From Candidatus Saganbacteria bacterium (GTDB taxonomy: Bacteria; Margulisbacteria; WOR-1; JAKLHX01): a stretch of DNA of 15,458 nt. The translations under genes and the position numbers were made by a program. Under the pieces are notes generated by a model, which worked only from the letters and a program-made list of their open reading frames with translations, had not been told where the DNA came from and did not search any database. Positions 15,428-15,458 of this stretch are shown here, piece by piece (position 1 is the stretch's first letter; the number at the start of each line of letters is the position of its first letter). The stretch covers positions 1-15,458 of the forward strand of contig JAPLKZ010000008.1 of assembly GCA_026387835.1 (NCBI GenBank), read 5' to 3'.

Positions 15428-15458
15428 AATAAATATGGTTTTATGGATAAAAAAATAA

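Noticed and set aside
15443-15458. ATG GAT AAA AAA ATA at the right edge as a new gene start
   Set aside because: Only five codons are visible and there is no clear SD; cannot be supported.

Overview
The window is a compact bacterial chromosome segment, mostly housekeeping genes, of the kind seen in Gram-negative candidate-phylum genomes (lineage is inference only). Left part: partial plsY (-) divergent from an efp-accB-recJ-purD-rdgB cluster, followed by four clustered tRNA genes (Pro-TGG, Pro-GGG, Gly-TCC, Arg-TCT). Middle part, more accessory: a 596-aa protein that resembles a degenerate DEDDh exonuclease plus SF2 helicase C-terminal fusion, tRNA-His, an exported acetolactate decarboxylase, an orphan protein with a possible CheD-like C-terminus, a cytosine-deaminase-like enzyme, a GT9 glycosyltransferase, a nitroreductase, a NodB-type polysaccharide deacetylase lipoprotein and CorA. 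Right part: AbrB/PIN toxin-antitoxin pair, initiator tRNA-Met, a NUDIX hydrolase and a stand-alone tRNA-binding (MetG C-terminal/Trbp111-like) protein. I see no CRISPR array, transposase, phage module or recognisable defence island. The best leads are the 596-aa protein, a recurring layout in which the promoter -10 lies only 5-8 nt upstream of the start codon (possible leaderless mRNAs), palindromic intergenic elements (one may supply and mask the rdgB Shine-Dalgarno), an in-frame insertion in the tRNA-binding protein, and an initiator tRNA with variant identity elements.
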